DNA of 64,000 nt from Candidatus Woesearchaeota archaeon (GTDB lineage Archaea; Nanobdellota; Nanobdellia; Woesearchaeales; GW2011-AR4): positions 1,553 to 65,552 of the forward strand of contig JACOUX010000057.1 of NCBI GenBank assembly GCA_016177615.1. The letters run 5' to 3'. The position numbers were made by a program, and so were the translations under genes. The first letter of the stretch is position 1; each line of letters begins with the position of its first letter. Below, in pieces: positions 29,100 to 38,556 of this stretch. The notes beneath the pieces were generated by a model, which ran no database searches, had not been told where the DNA came from, and worked only from the letters and a program-made list of their open reading frames with translations.

Positions 29100-29584
29100 T
29101 TAAACACCCCGCTGTCGTTCAACAGCCTTTTTATATAAGGATTAAAATTATTTTCGACTTTGCTGATTCTTTTATATGCGCTATATTCATCGTTGGGCTT
29201 AAGCCTGAACATCCTGTATTCAGGCTCGATGACAAAGCAGACGCTTATTGTATGTGCGCCTTTTTTGGTTTTTTGGCCGGATGATTCAAAGTATCCTGTG
29301 CCAAAAAATGCCTCATAAGTCCCGATTTGCTTTGTGATTTTAACTTTAATTCCTATTTCCTCCTTTGCTTTTCTGAGCATGGCTTCTTTAAATGTTTCCC
29401 ACTTGAATATCCTTCCTCCGACAGCCCACCACTGGTTTTTTGCCGGCGCCCTTGACCTTTTGAAAAGATATACATTTTTTCCGGATTTGAGAATGCCGTC
29501 AACGCAGCATATCGGCATCATGGCAACGATTTTCCTATACAATTGAGCCGGGATGTGCTTAACTGATATATTCTTTTTCTGCAT
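29096..29584 (-). CDS. Nudix hydrolase (GDP-mannose mannosyl hydrolase-like)
   Basis: Full Nudix box GGRIFKWETFKEAMLRKAKEEIGI; 162 aa; lies within a gmd-type cluster. Confidence 0.7.
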   Translation of the reverse strand: MQKKNISVKHIPAQLYRKIVAMMPICCVDGILKSGKNVYLFKRSRAPAKNQWWAVGGRIFKWETFKEAMLRKAKEEIGIKVKITKQIGTYEAFFGTGYFESSGQKTKKGAHTISVCFVIEPEYRMFRLKPNDEYSAYKRISKVENNFNPYIKRLLNDSGVFK

Positions 29585-29966
29585 CTTTTCCTCTGTAAGG
29601 CCCCTGCTTCAGCTCTGCAAGCTTGGAATCTTCAAGAAAGACAAGCTCATGAGCGCAGTTTAGGACTATCATGTCGCCTTTGTCCATGACTATTTTTTTG
29701 AACAGGGAATTTTTATGATATATTCCTACCTCAACCTTCCCCTTTTCAAGATAAAAGAATTCCTGCGGCGCAAGATTTTTGAGCTCCTTGAAAGGGATGT
29801 GCCTGTGCGGCTTGACATGGGTCCCTGCCTTGCTGAAATGCACCCCGAGCTGGAATGGGAAGCTGTCAGGCGTCACAAAGCTCAGGCTAGGAGCATCAAA
29901 ATCGTGCCTTACGACCACAGCAAGAAGCTCTTCGTTTGCGTATATTTTCTCGACCTTTTCGCCCAT
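29559..29966 (-). CDS. cupin-fold protein (WbuC/sugar-ketoisomerase-like)
   Basis: 135 aa with a HVKPHRH metal-site-like motif and beta-rich sequence. Glycan-cluster context. Confidence 0.45.
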   Translation of the reverse strand: MGEKVEKIYANEELLAVVVRHDFDAPSLSFVTPDSFPFQLGVHFSKAGTHVKPHRHIPFKELKNLAPQEFFYLEKGKVEVGIYHKNSLFKKIVMDKGDMIVLNCAHELVFLEDSKLAELKQGPYRGKDAEKEYIS

Positions 29967-29994
29967 TTTTTCTCCTCGGACAAATAGATAAAGA

Positions 29995-30002
29995 TTTAAA
30001 TA
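29995..30002. promoter_or_regulatory. shared TATA element (GATTTAAATAG) between divergent genes
   Basis: Its centre (29998.5) is about 25 nt from the ATG at 30023 and about 32 nt from the minus-strand ATG at 29966. Confidence 0.5.
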
Positions 30003-30022
30003 GATTTCTATTTTTCGGTATT

Positions 30023-32296
30023 ATGTACCTGTCTTTAATTTTATTTTTTCTGTATACATGGGGCCTTGGGTTTACCCTGCTGAAGCTATTGAAGGAGCCT
30101 GAAAATTTTTTTGAGAGAAACATCATAAGGGTTGGCGCAGGCCTGTGCCTTATCCCGCTTCTCGGCATAGTGCTCAGCATACTAAGCATCCCAGTGGACT
30201 GGAGGCTATTCGCTGTGATAAGCTTGATTGGCCCATTTTATTTTTTAATCAGAAATTATAAGGTCATTAAGGGCAGCATTGCCGGCATTAAACTTAAAAA
30301 ATCCGACTTGAGCCTGTTCTTGGTGCTGCTTGTTGCACTTGCTTCCTTTTTCATGTATTACAAGGGTGCATTTTCATACCCTTATTTGGAAGATGATGAC
30401 TCATGGTCGCATGCAGTCGGGGCAAAATACGTGTCATCAGAAAAAACATTCTTCAATCCCAATGGGGGAATTCATTACCTTGATCCTTATCCTCCGGCGT
30501 ATGACGGCACTTTTGGGCTGCTCCACCAAAGCTCCGGCTCTGTATACTGGACTCTTAAGTTTTTCAATGCTCTTGTCATTTCCCTAAGCATTCTTTTCTT
30601 TTACCTCTTTTTTAAAGAGCTGACAAGCAGCTCTGTAATTTCAGCATTCTCAACAATTGTGCTGGCTATGATTCCGTCATACCTAAGCCATTTCATATGG
30701 GCGCATTCATTCATTCCAGGATTCATCTTTTTGTCCTTCTTGTTTTTGGAAAAAATTAAGCATGACAAAAGATGGATCTTTGCAGCATCAGTTTCCATAT
30801 CAGCATTGATACTCACTTCATTCACGCAGGCCATAAAGTTTTACATGCTGCTTATGATATATTTTTCAGTAAAAAGTGTTGCTGATAAGAGGTTTCACTT
30901 GGAAACCATAAGCGCAGGAATTTTAGGGTTTTTATTATCTTTAGTTTGGTGGATTCCCCTGGTTTTTAGGTATGGGGGAATGTTCAATCTTCTGGAAGCC
31001 CTTGGAGCCAAACAAAGCAGGGCAACCATACCGCTGGACTATTTCAGCAGCACTTATCTCTATGCCGCTGCAATAATTTTGCTGGCTTTGGCATTTGCAT
31101 ATTATTTCCTTAAGAAAAAACTTTCTCCTCCTCAAGTGCATTATGCAGGCGTTGTAGCGGCAATTTTTGCATCAGCAGCCTATGCGGTCTTGTACTCATT
31201 TGTTAATGAGTCTGGAACTGCCGACAGGATTTACGATTTCAATGATTTCTTTATAGCGCAGAAGCAAAACATGGTCAACAATCCGATAGGGATTGGGACA
31301 GCTGCATTTCTGCTTTGCTTTGCCGCGCTGCTGCTTATCGGGCTGGAATTATATGGTATACTAAAGCAGAAAAAAGGAGCAATTTCAAGGCCTGTATATA
31401 ATTCTTTATTGGCTTTGGCAGTTGCAAGCTCAATCTCCTTATTTATTTCTGCAATTTCCTTTTCTTTTTTTAAGCTCGATAAAAATATCATTGCAAAATG
31501 GGGAGTTCCTGCCATAAAGCAGTGGATGCTGCGTGATGCTGATAAATACAACTACATTTATTCATTTTCGTTCAAGATTTGGGGAGTCTACCTTCTTATT
31601 GCGTCGCTGATTTTGATTGCGGCAATTTATCTGTACTTTGTATACAAGGAATATATCCAAAATCAGAAGCTATGGGTTCCATTATCTTTGCTTTGGCTTG
31701 CTTATGCTTTTGCAGGAATTTATGATATTCCGACGCAGCTATTTACCTTCAGGATATGGATGATAGTTGCATTTGCTGTAAGCATGCTGGCAGCATACCC
31801 TATACTTATGCTGCAGAGCCTTGGCAGCAGATTAAAAATCCTGAAAGCCGCAGTTGTTGTTTTGCTTGTAACCCTTATATTCTATACTTCAGGAATTCAA
31901 AAATATGCTGTAAACACTTCTCCAAACTGGCCTGCTGGCGGCTTTTGGACGTCTTTTGATGAAATAAACGGCTATGTGTGGATGAGAGATAATATAGCCC
32001 AAGACACAAATGTTTTTACATTCGCGAACTCGGGAGCCGTTATAGGCATGGACATGCATATTTGCCATTGGTGCAGGGAAGTAGCTGACTATCAGAAAAA
32101 CGGGTTCAATCAAACAGCAGAGGAAAATTACAACTGGCTGAAGAGCAACAAGTACAGGTACATTTTGATTGACGGGCAGACTGCCAGAAAATTCGGCATT
32201 AACCAAACAACCATTAAGCTGCAGTCAATGTCAAAATCCGGAATGTTCAAGCCAGTGCATCAAACTAATGGATTTATTTTGCTGGGGCTTTCCTAA
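30023..32296 (+). CDS. large polytopic membrane protein, probable GT-C fold glycosyltransferase
   Basis: Start taken at MYLSLILFFLY because of the TATA spacing. About 15 or more TM helices, an acidic first-loop motif YPYLEDDDSWSH, and a soluble C-terminal domain. Confidence 0.55.
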   Translation: MYLSLILFFLYTWGLGFTLLKLLKEPENFFERNIIRVGAGLCLIPLLGIVLSILSIPVDWRLFAVISLIGPFYFLIRNYKVIKGSIAGIKLKKSDLSLFLVLLVALASFFMYYKGAFSYPYLEDDDSWSHAVGAKYVSSEKTFFNPNGGIHYLDPYPPAYDGTFGLLHQSSGSVYWTLKFFNALVISLSILFFYLFFKELTSSSVISAFSTIVLAMIPSYLSHFIWAHSFIPGFIFLSFLFLEKIKHDKRWIFAASVSISALILTSFTQAIKFYMLLMIYFSVKSVADKRFHLETISAGILGFLLSLVWWIPLVFRYGGMFNLLEALGAKQSRATIPLDYFSSTYLYAAAIILLALAFAYYFLKKKLSPPQVHYAGVVAAIFASAAYAVLYSFVNESGTADRIYDFNDFFIAQKQNMVNNPIGIGTAAFLLCFAALLLIGLELYGILKQKKGAISRPVYNSLLALAVASSISLFISAISFSFFKLDKNIIAKWGVPAIKQWMLRDADKYNYIYSFSFKIWGVYLLIASLILIAAIYLYFVYKEYIQNQKLWVPLSLLWLAYAFAGIYDIPTQLFTFRIWMIVAFAVSMLAAYPILMLQSLGSRLKILKAAVVVLLVTLIFYTSGIQKYAVNTSPNWPAGGFWTSFDEINGYVWMRDNIAQDTNVFTFANSGAVIGMDMHICHWCREVADYQKNGFNQTAEENYNWLKSNKYRYILIDGQTARKFGINQTTIKLQSMSKSGMFKPVHQTNGFILLGLS

Positions 32297-33228
32297 TCCT
32301 CATAGAACAATTCAAGATTGCCCATGCTTTTTTCATACCATTTATAGGTCATCCTTATTCCGTCTTGAATACTGACATTGGGGCACCATCCCAAAGATTC
32401 TAATTTTTCAATTGAAGGAATCCTTCTTAATATTTCTCTCTCCCTTGTCCTTGTATCTTTGCCGAATCCTGCGATTTTTGGCTTCAGGCTTTTTCCAGAC
32501 ACTTTTATTATCATCTCTGCCAAGTCTTTCATTGTTATCTGGCCAGTGCCGGCTATGTTGTAAGCCTCACCCTTTGCGCCTTTCTTTCTCACAGTTTCAA
32601 TGCCGCTGATTATATCAGATATGTGCGTAAAGCACCTTACCTGGCTTCCATCCCCAAATACAACAGGAGCCTCGTTGTTGAACGCTTTCTGAATAAAAAT
32701 CGGCACAACCCATTCAAACCCCTGCCCAGGACCATAAACGTTGAAAAGCCTTACAGGATTTATATCCATCCCATATTCTTTCACATATCCGTAAGCATAC
32801 ATTTCAGCAGCCAGCTTAGAAACGCCATATATGCTGACAGGGCTTTTTGGGCTTTCTTCCCTTAATGGGATTTCCCTTGCCTCGCCATACACTTCAGAAG
32901 AAGAGGTGTAAACAATTTTTTTGACACTTGTCCCAAGGGCGCTCCTGAAAACATTTACAGTCCCGTCTATGTTGACTGCCAGCGTATTCAGCGGCTTTTT
33001 GTCAGAGCTGATGACGCCAAGCTCAGCAGCAAGATGATACACCATGCTGCAATCGCGCATATCCCACCTCAGGTCTTCAAGCACGGATTTCTTTACAAAC
33101 TCCAGGTTAGGGTGGCTGAACTTTATCGTCTTGATGTCTATCACTTTTACATTATTTCCCTCATTGAGAAGGTGCTTCACTAAGGCATGCCCTATGAACC
33201 CGTTGCCGCCTGTAACAAGTATCTTCAT
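32293..33228 (-). CDS. NAD-dependent NDP-sugar epimerase (extended SDR)
   Basis: VTGGNGFIGHALV, SSSEVYG, YGVSKLAAE. Confidence 0.8.
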   Translation of the reverse strand: MKILVTGGNGFIGHALVKHLLNEGNNVKVIDIKTIKFSHPNLEFVKKSVLEDLRWDMRDCSMVYHLAAELGVISSDKKPLNTLAVNIDGTVNVFRSALGTSVKKIVYTSSSEVYGEAREIPLREESPKSPVSIYGVSKLAAEMYAYGYVKEYGMDINPVRLFNVYGPGQGFEWVVPIFIQKAFNNEAPVVFGDGSQVRCFTHISDIISGIETVRKKGAKGEAYNIAGTGQITMKDLAEMIIKVSGKSLKPKIAGFGKDTRTREREILRRIPSIEKLESLGWCPNVSIQDGIRMTYKWYEKSMGNLELFYED

Positions 33229-33329
33229 TCCCCGGCGAAACGCAAGTTTGTTTATAAATTTTGTTTAATTGGCAACTTAGTGATTTTTCTTTAATCTGGC
33301 AAACATTTTTAAACGAATTTGTTTTCTGG

Positions 33330-33920
33330 ATGGGCATGGCTGAAGCTGAAAACCAGGGGCAGAATGCCCATATAAGATGCAGAACTATTATAGAGGTGCT
33401 TGGCAAGCCCAAGGAGCATGTTGAAGCTTCGCTTAATGAATACACTAAGCATATCAGGGAGGATTCTGAGCTTGTTGTATTGAATGAGGAATCCTCTGAG
33501 ACAGTTGAGCGAGGGCATCTATGGAGCAAATTTGCAGAGCTTGATTTGGTGATAAAAGGAACTGGCAAGCTCATCAGCTTTTGCTTTGAGTATATGCCCT
33601 CCTCTTTAGAGGTAGTCAAGCCAGAGAGCTTAATGATGCAAAACTCGGAATTGTCAGGATTTCTCAATGACCTTCAGGCAAGGCTCCACAATGTGGACAT
33701 GGTTGTCAAGCAGCAAAAGGCTGAAAATGAATTCCTGAAGCAGAATTTCAATGCCCTTATCCACAATGCAATACTTATATGCCTGAAAGTGAGCCCCTTC
33801 TCTTTGGAGCAGCTTTCCGGAATAACAGGGGTAGCAGGCAAAGAGCTTGAAATTTTTGCTGGTAACCTCGTAAAGGAGAATAAGGTTAAAAAAGAGAACG
33901 GAACTTACAGCCTGGCATGA
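33330..33920 (+). CDS. hypothetical protein with a possible C-terminal winged-helix
   Basis: Start taken at MGMAEAE, downstream of a TTTTTAAA at 33306-33313. The C-terminal segment LSGITGVAGKELEIFAGNLVKENKV..YSLA looks wHTH-like. Confidence 0.4.
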   Translation: MGMAEAENQGQNAHIRCRTIIEVLGKPKEHVEASLNEYTKHIREDSELVVLNEESSETVERGHLWSKFAELDLVIKGTGKLISFCFEYMPSSLEVVKPESLMMQNSELSGFLNDLQARLHNVDMVVKQQKAENEFLKQNFNALIHNAILICLKVSPFSLEQLSGITGVAGKELEIFAGNLVKENKVKKENGTYSLA

Positions 33921-33955
33921 TTTTAATTCGTTAAACAATATAATATTATAATTTT

Positions 33956-35020
33956 ATGGCAGACCAGAAAAAACCCCCTGTTAAAAGCAAGGTGGAAGCG
34001 GTGCTTTTTTCCACAGGCCACAGGATAAGCCTTGATGAAATGAGCAGGCTGTGCCGCTCCGGAAAAGAAGAGGTTCTTTCCTCTCTGAAAGAGCTTCAGC
34101 ATGAATATGACGAGAAGCAGTCCTCATTAATGCTTGCTGAAGAAGGCGATTTCTGGAAATTCACTGTAAGAGACCATTTCATTCCGATTGTGAGGAAGAT
34201 AGTTACAGAAACCGAGCTTACAAAAAGCGTTATGGAAACGCTTGCAGTAATAGCGTTTAAATATCCCATTCTTCAGTCAGACCTTATAAAAATAAGGACT
34301 AACAAGGCATACGACCACTTAGTAGAGCTCGAAAAATCAGGATATATAACCAGGCAGAAGCGCGGAAGGACCAATCTAGTAAAGCTGACTGAAAAATTCT
34401 TCAAGTATTTTGACCTTACAGAGGAAAATCTCAGGGACAAGTTCAAGGATTTTGAAAGCATAGCAAAGGCAATAAAAGAAAAAGAGCTGGAAGTAGAAGG
34501 CATCAAGGAAGACCAGCGAAAAAAGGCAGAAGAGCTGAAGCAGCAGGATGAGAAAATCAGGAAGGAGATTGAATCATTGGATCAGCCAGGAGAAGAATTC
34601 AAAGTGCCTTTGGAAACCTATGAAGCTAAACAAAGCAAAGTCATAACAGAGGAGTTTGTAAATAAAAACAATTTGATTGTTGAAAAAGAAAAAATGGGCG
34701 AATTGGAAATTGTTGAAGATGTTCATCGCGAAAAGCATCCGCTGAAAAAAGATGCGATAAGGCACCGAGAGCTTGAGGAAGATTTCTTGCGCCAGGAGCC
34801 GCAGCAAAATGACATTCAAAATGCAGCTCATCTGCAAGCAGAGCAAATGTCAGTACCTCAGGAAAAGCCAAATGCTCCACATGTTAAAAGGGAAAAAAGA
34901 GGAATTAAGCTCACTCCGGAAATGGAAAAAAAAGTGGAGCAGAAAGTAGATGAGATGCTCGGCATTCAAGCCAAATCCAAGGAAAAGGAAGAAAGTTCCG
35001 ATCAATCAAATCAAAATTAG
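33956..35020 (+). CDS. scpB: ScpB-like segregation/condensation protein with a long charged C-terminal extension
   Basis: VEAVLFSTGHRISLDEMSRL and a second wHTH (ETLAVIAFKYPILQSDL); then about 190 aa of K/E-rich tail. Confidence 0.7.
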   Translation: MADQKKPPVKSKVEAVLFSTGHRISLDEMSRLCRSGKEEVLSSLKELQHEYDEKQSSLMLAEEGDFWKFTVRDHFIPIVRKIVTETELTKSVMETLAVIAFKYPILQSDLIKIRTNKAYDHLVELEKSGYITRQKRGRTNLVKLTEKFFKYFDLTEENLRDKFKDFESIAKAIKEKELEVEGIKEDQRKKAEELKQQDEKIRKEIESLDQPGEEFKVPLETYEAKQSKVITEEFVNKNNLIVEKEKMGELEIVEDVHREKHPLKKDAIRHRELEEDFLRQEPQQNDIQNAAHLQAEQMSVPQEKPNAPHVKREKRGIKLTPEMEKKVEQKVDEMLGIQAKSKEKEESSDQSNQN

Positions 35021-35028
35021 CAACTAAA

Positions 35029-35169
35029 ATGTTACTTCTGCAATGCCCAAAATGCAAAAATAAGATGAAATACCAAAGCAAAGACATTTATTTGCCCGGA
35101 AAGAAAAAGAAATGTGTTTATTGCGGCTTTGCGATGTCTGCCAGCAAGTCAATCATTAACAAGATATAA
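35029..35169 (+). CDS. 46-aa zinc-ribbon mini-protein (not in the ORF track)
   Basis: MLLLQCPKCKNK..KKCVYCGF, a CPxC..CxxC pattern, ending in TAA at 35167-35169. Confidence 0.4.
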   Translation: MLLLQCPKCKNKMKYQSKDIYLPGKKKKCVYCGFAMSASKSIINKI

Positions 35170-35283
35170 TTTATTTTCTATATTGTAAATTTCTATATAG
35201 TAAATAATGTAAAAACATAACCCTTATAAATCTCAAAATATCCCGTTTTATAGACGACAAAACCTCCTTCAAATTCTCAAAAA

Positions 35284-38200
35284 ATGACAGAAGAAACACA
35301 AGAGAAAATAGGCACAAAAATAATACCTAGAGTCATACAAGACGAGATGAAACAGGCATATTTAGATTACTCTATGTCTGTTATTGTTGGAAGAGCATTA
35401 CCAGATGCAAGGGATGGCTTAAAGCCTGTGCATAGACGTGTTTTGTTTGCAATGAATGAATTAGGGCTAAAAAATAACCAGCCATTTAAAAAAAGTGCGC
35501 GTGTGGTAGGAGAAGTACTTGGAAAATTTCATCCCCATTCTGATATTGCAGTCTACGATACTCTAGTTCGCTTAGCCCAAGACTTTTCAATGCGATATCT
35601 TTTAGTTGACGGCCAGGGAAATTTTGGATGCTTTACATCAGATACAAAAGTCAAGCTAGCAGACGGAAGAGACTTATCTTTTGCAGAGCTGATAAGAGAA
35701 CATGAAGAAGGAAAAAAGAATTTTACATTTACTGTTGGCGAAAAAGGAATTATCAAAATAGCTGAAATAAAAAATCCCAGATTGACAAAAAAAGACGCAG
35801 AAATAATGAAAGTCATTTTGGATAATGGGGAAGAAATTAAATGCACATTAAATCATAAGTTTATGCTAAGAGATGGAATTTATCGTGAAGCTCAGAATTT
35901 AATGGCTGGAGATTCTTTAATGCCGGCATATTTCAGAATTTCTACTAAAGAAGATGATCCCAATGTTTCTGGTTATTCAATGATTTTGCAGCCCAAATTA
36001 AACCTTTGGAATTATGTACATGTTTTATCGGACGAAATTAATTTAGAAAATGGCGTTTATTCAAGATCTGCTGGCAGAATTAGGCATCATATAGATTTTA
36101 ATAAGCTAAATAATAATCCAACGAAGACTCCAGAATACCGCAAACAGATTCACGATAAAATTGCCGCAAGCAGCAAAAGAAGATTAACAAACTTTACAGG
36201 CAAAAAGAAATTTCTGAATATTTGCGCATATATCAAGAAAAATAACTTAGGAATTGAAAAATATTATGGAAACGACATAAATTTAGTTTTATGCGAGGTC
36301 AATGGAAATCATAAAGTATCCAGAATCGAGTTTTTAAATGAATTTACTGATGTATATGATATAACGATAGATGGAAATCACAATTTTCCTTTAAGTGCGG
36401 GAGTTTTTGTGCATAATTCTGTCGACGGTGACCCTGCAGCGGCCATGAGGTATACAGAATGCCGCCTGACAAAACTTGCAGAAGAAATGCTTGCAGATAT
36501 CGACAGGAAGACAGTAAGGTTCATTCCAAATTTTGACAATACAACAGCTGAGCCAGTCGTTCTTCCTTCAAAGCTTCCTAATCTGCTAATCAACGGCAGC
36601 TCAGGAATTGCAGTCGGAATGGCAACAAACATTCCTCCGCATAATATTGTTGAAATAATTGATGCCGTGGTAATGCAGATAGACAGGCCTGATGTTGAAA
36701 TTTCAGATATTCTGGCTGTTGTTCATGGCCCTGACTTTCCAACAGGGGCGCTGATATGCGGCAGAAGCGGGATAAGGGAGGCGTATTCTACAGGCAGGGG
36801 AAAGATTCTCGTAAGGGCTAGAACAAGCATCGAGGAAGACAAGAATAGGCGCACAATAATTGTTACTGAAATACCTTTTATGGTCAACAAGTCAGAGCTT
36901 CTTGAGGAGATAGCAGACCTTGTAAGCGAAAAGAAAATTATTGGCATCTCTGATTTAAGGGACGAAAGCGACAGGCATGGCATAAGGGTTGTCGTTGAAT
37001 TGAAAAAAGATGCTGATCCTAATGTGGTCATTAATCAATTATTCCAGCATACAAGGATGCAGACGACATTCGGGATAATAATGCTTGCATTGGTCAACAA
37101 TGAGCCAAAAGTGCTGAGCATAAAGCAGCTGATTCACTATTATATAGAGCACAGAAAAGATGTCATAAGAAAGAGGACATTGTTTGATCTTAACAAGGCA
37201 CAGACAAGGGCGCATATCCTGGAAGGGCTGCTTGTTGCCCTTGCAAACATAAATGACGTAATAAATCTGATAAAGGGCAGCAGCTCAGTTGAATCCGCAA
37301 AGCAGTCCCTGGAAGAATCCTATAATCTCACATCAGAGCAGTCAAATGCAATCCTTGAGATGAGGCTCCAAAGATTGACTTCGCTTGAGCAGGAAAAGTT
37401 AAGGCAGGAGCATTCTGGCCTGCTAAAGCTTATTGAGGAGCTTGAGTCAATTCTTTCAAACCCGCAGAAAATTCTGGATATAATAAAAAAGGAGCTTGGC
37501 GAACTGAAAGAGAAATATAATGACAAAAGAAGAACAGAAATCATCGAAGAGGAAAGCACGGACCTCGAGACAGAGGATTTGATAAAGGATGAGGAAATGG
37601 CTATAACAATCACCAATTCAGGCTACATAAAGAGGCTGCCATTGCAGACATACAAAATCCAAAGGAGGGGCGGCAAGGGAGTTATTGCGGCAGCTACAAA
37701 AGATGAAGATATTGTGAAGGATATTTTTGTAGCAAGCACGCATTCATACATGCTTTTTTTTACAAACAAGGGAAAAGTGCACTGGCTCAAAGTCTACAAT
37801 ATACCTGAGGCCAGCAGGCAGGCAAGAGGAAAGGCAATAATAAACCTTCTTCAGCTTTCAAATGATGAAATTGTTAATGCATTTGTTCCTGTCAGGGCTT
37901 TTGACAATACCCATTATCTTATTATGGCCACAAAAAAAGGGACTGTAAAGAAAACAGAGCTTATGGCTTACAGCAACCCGAGAAAAAACGGAATCGTTGC
38001 AATCACGCTTGAGCAGGGAGATGAACTTATCAATGTCGAGCTGACTGACGGAAACCAGCAGATAATTTTAGCAACTAAAAATGGGAATGCAGCAAGATTT
38101 GAGGAAAAAGATGTTAGGTCAACAGGAAGGTCTGCCCAGGGAGTCAGAGGAATAAGATTAAGGGATAATGACGAAGTCATAGGAATGGTTGTTGCATCAG

Positions 38201-38520
38201 ATGAAAAGACTCTGCTGACAGTGACTGAGAACGGCTATGGAAAAAGAACCCTCATATCAGAATACAGGCTAATTAGCAGAGGCGGCTCAGGAGTGATAAA
38301 CATCCAGTGCAGCGAAAGAAATGGAAAAGTTGTCACAATATGCGACGTAACAGATAATGACGATTTAATCTTTGTCAGCAGGAACGGAATTGTAATAAGG
38401 TGCCCTTCAACTGATATTTCTGTTATTGGAAGAAATACACAAGGAGTTAGGGTTATGAAGCTGGAAGAAAATGACAAAGTTGTGAGTGCTGTCAAGATTG
38501 CAAAAGAAAATGTTGTTTAA
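35284..38520 (+). CDS. gyrA: DNA gyrase subunit A, intein-containing precursor
   Basis: [17 protein letters not shown], then QGNFG|intein|[14 protein letters not shown] (catalytic Tyr region), plus C-terminal beta-pinwheel repeats. 1078 aa, or 815 aa without the intein. Confidence 0.9.
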   Translation: MTEETQEKIGTKIIPRVIQDEMKQAYLDYSMSVIVGRALPDARDGLKPVHRRVLFAMNELGLKNNQPFKKSARVVGEVLGKFHPHSDIAVYDTLVRLAQDFSMRYLLVDGQGNFGCFTSDTKVKLADGRDLSFAELIREHEEGKKNFTFTVGEKGIIKIAEIKNPRLTKKDAEIMKVILDNGEEIKCTLNHKFMLRDGIYREAQNLMAGDSLMPAYFRISTKEDDPNVSGYSMILQPKLNLWNYVHVLSDEINLENGVYSRSAGRIRHHIDFNKLNNNPTKTPEYRKQIHDKIAASSKRRLTNFTGKKKFLNICAYIKKNNLGIEKYYGNDINLVLCEVNGNHKVSRIEFLNEFTDVYDITIDGNHNFPLSAGVFVHNSVDGDPAAAMRYTECRLTKLAEEMLADIDRKTVRFIPNFDNTTAEPVVLPSKLPNLLINGSSGIAVGMATNIPPHNIVEIIDAVVMQIDRPDVEISDILAVVHGPDFPTGALICGRSGIREAYSTGRGKILVRARTSIEEDKNRRTIIVTEIPFMVNKSELLEEIADLVSEKKIIGISDLRDESDRHGIRVVVELKKDADPNVVINQLFQHTRMQTTFGIIMLALVNNEPKVLSIKQLIHYYIEHRKDVIRKRTLFDLNKAQTRAHILEGLLVALANINDVINLIKGSSSVESAKQSLEESYNLTSEQSNAILEMRLQRLTSLEQEKLRQEHSGLLKLIEELESILSNPQKILDIIKKELGELKEKYNDKRRTEIIEEESTDLETEDLIKDEEMAITITNSGYIKRLPLQTYKIQRRGGKGVIAAATKDEDIVKDIFVASTHSYMLFFTNKGKVHWLKVYNIPEASRQARGKAIINLLQLSNDEIVNAFVPVRAFDNTHYLIMATKKGTVKKTELMAYSNPRKNGIVAITLEQGDELINVELTDGNQQIILATKNGNAARFEEKDVRSTGRSAQGVRGIRLRDNDEVIGMVVASDEKTLLTVTENGYGKRTLISEYRLISRGGSGVINIQCSERNGKVVTICDVTDNDDLIFVSRNGIVIRCPSTDISVIGRNTQGVRVMKLEENDKVVSAVKIAKENVV
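35629..36417 (+). mobile_element. 263-aa intein in gyrA with an HNH-like internal segment
   Basis: Starts [13 protein letters not shown] (block A) and has TLNHKF (block B). Ends [18 protein letters not shown], followed by +1 Ser. The internal [15 protein letters not shown] resembles an HNH core. Confidence 0.8.
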
Positions 38521-38525
38521 AAAGA

Positions 38526-38533
38526 TTTAAATA
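38526..38533 (+). promoter_or_regulatory. TATA box (TTTAAATA) of the giant gene
   Basis: Centre is about 27 nt upstream of the ATG at 38557, in the 36-nt gap after gyrA. Confidence 0.55.
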
Positions 38534-38556
38534 CTTTTCATTTAGATGAAGAATGG

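Noticed and set aside
30023-32296. The GT-C membrane proteins (18887-20611 and 30023-32296) as the AglB oligosaccharyltransferase.
   Set aside because: Neither contains a WWDxG motif or a recognisable DK/MI motif. The architecture fits ArnT/PMT-like enzymes better.
33161-33667. The 168-aa minus-strand ORF overlapping the promoter region and the 33330-33920 gene.
   Set aside because: It overlaps two better-supported genes (the 5' end of 32293-33228 and 33330-33920), has an S/C-rich low-complexity translation, and has no TATA at the right spacing.
33330-33920. The gene upstream of scpB as the ScpA kleisin partner.
   Set aside because: The position and a possible C-terminal winged helix are suggestive. 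The N-terminal ScpA signature is absent and the protein is short, so it is left as hypothetical.
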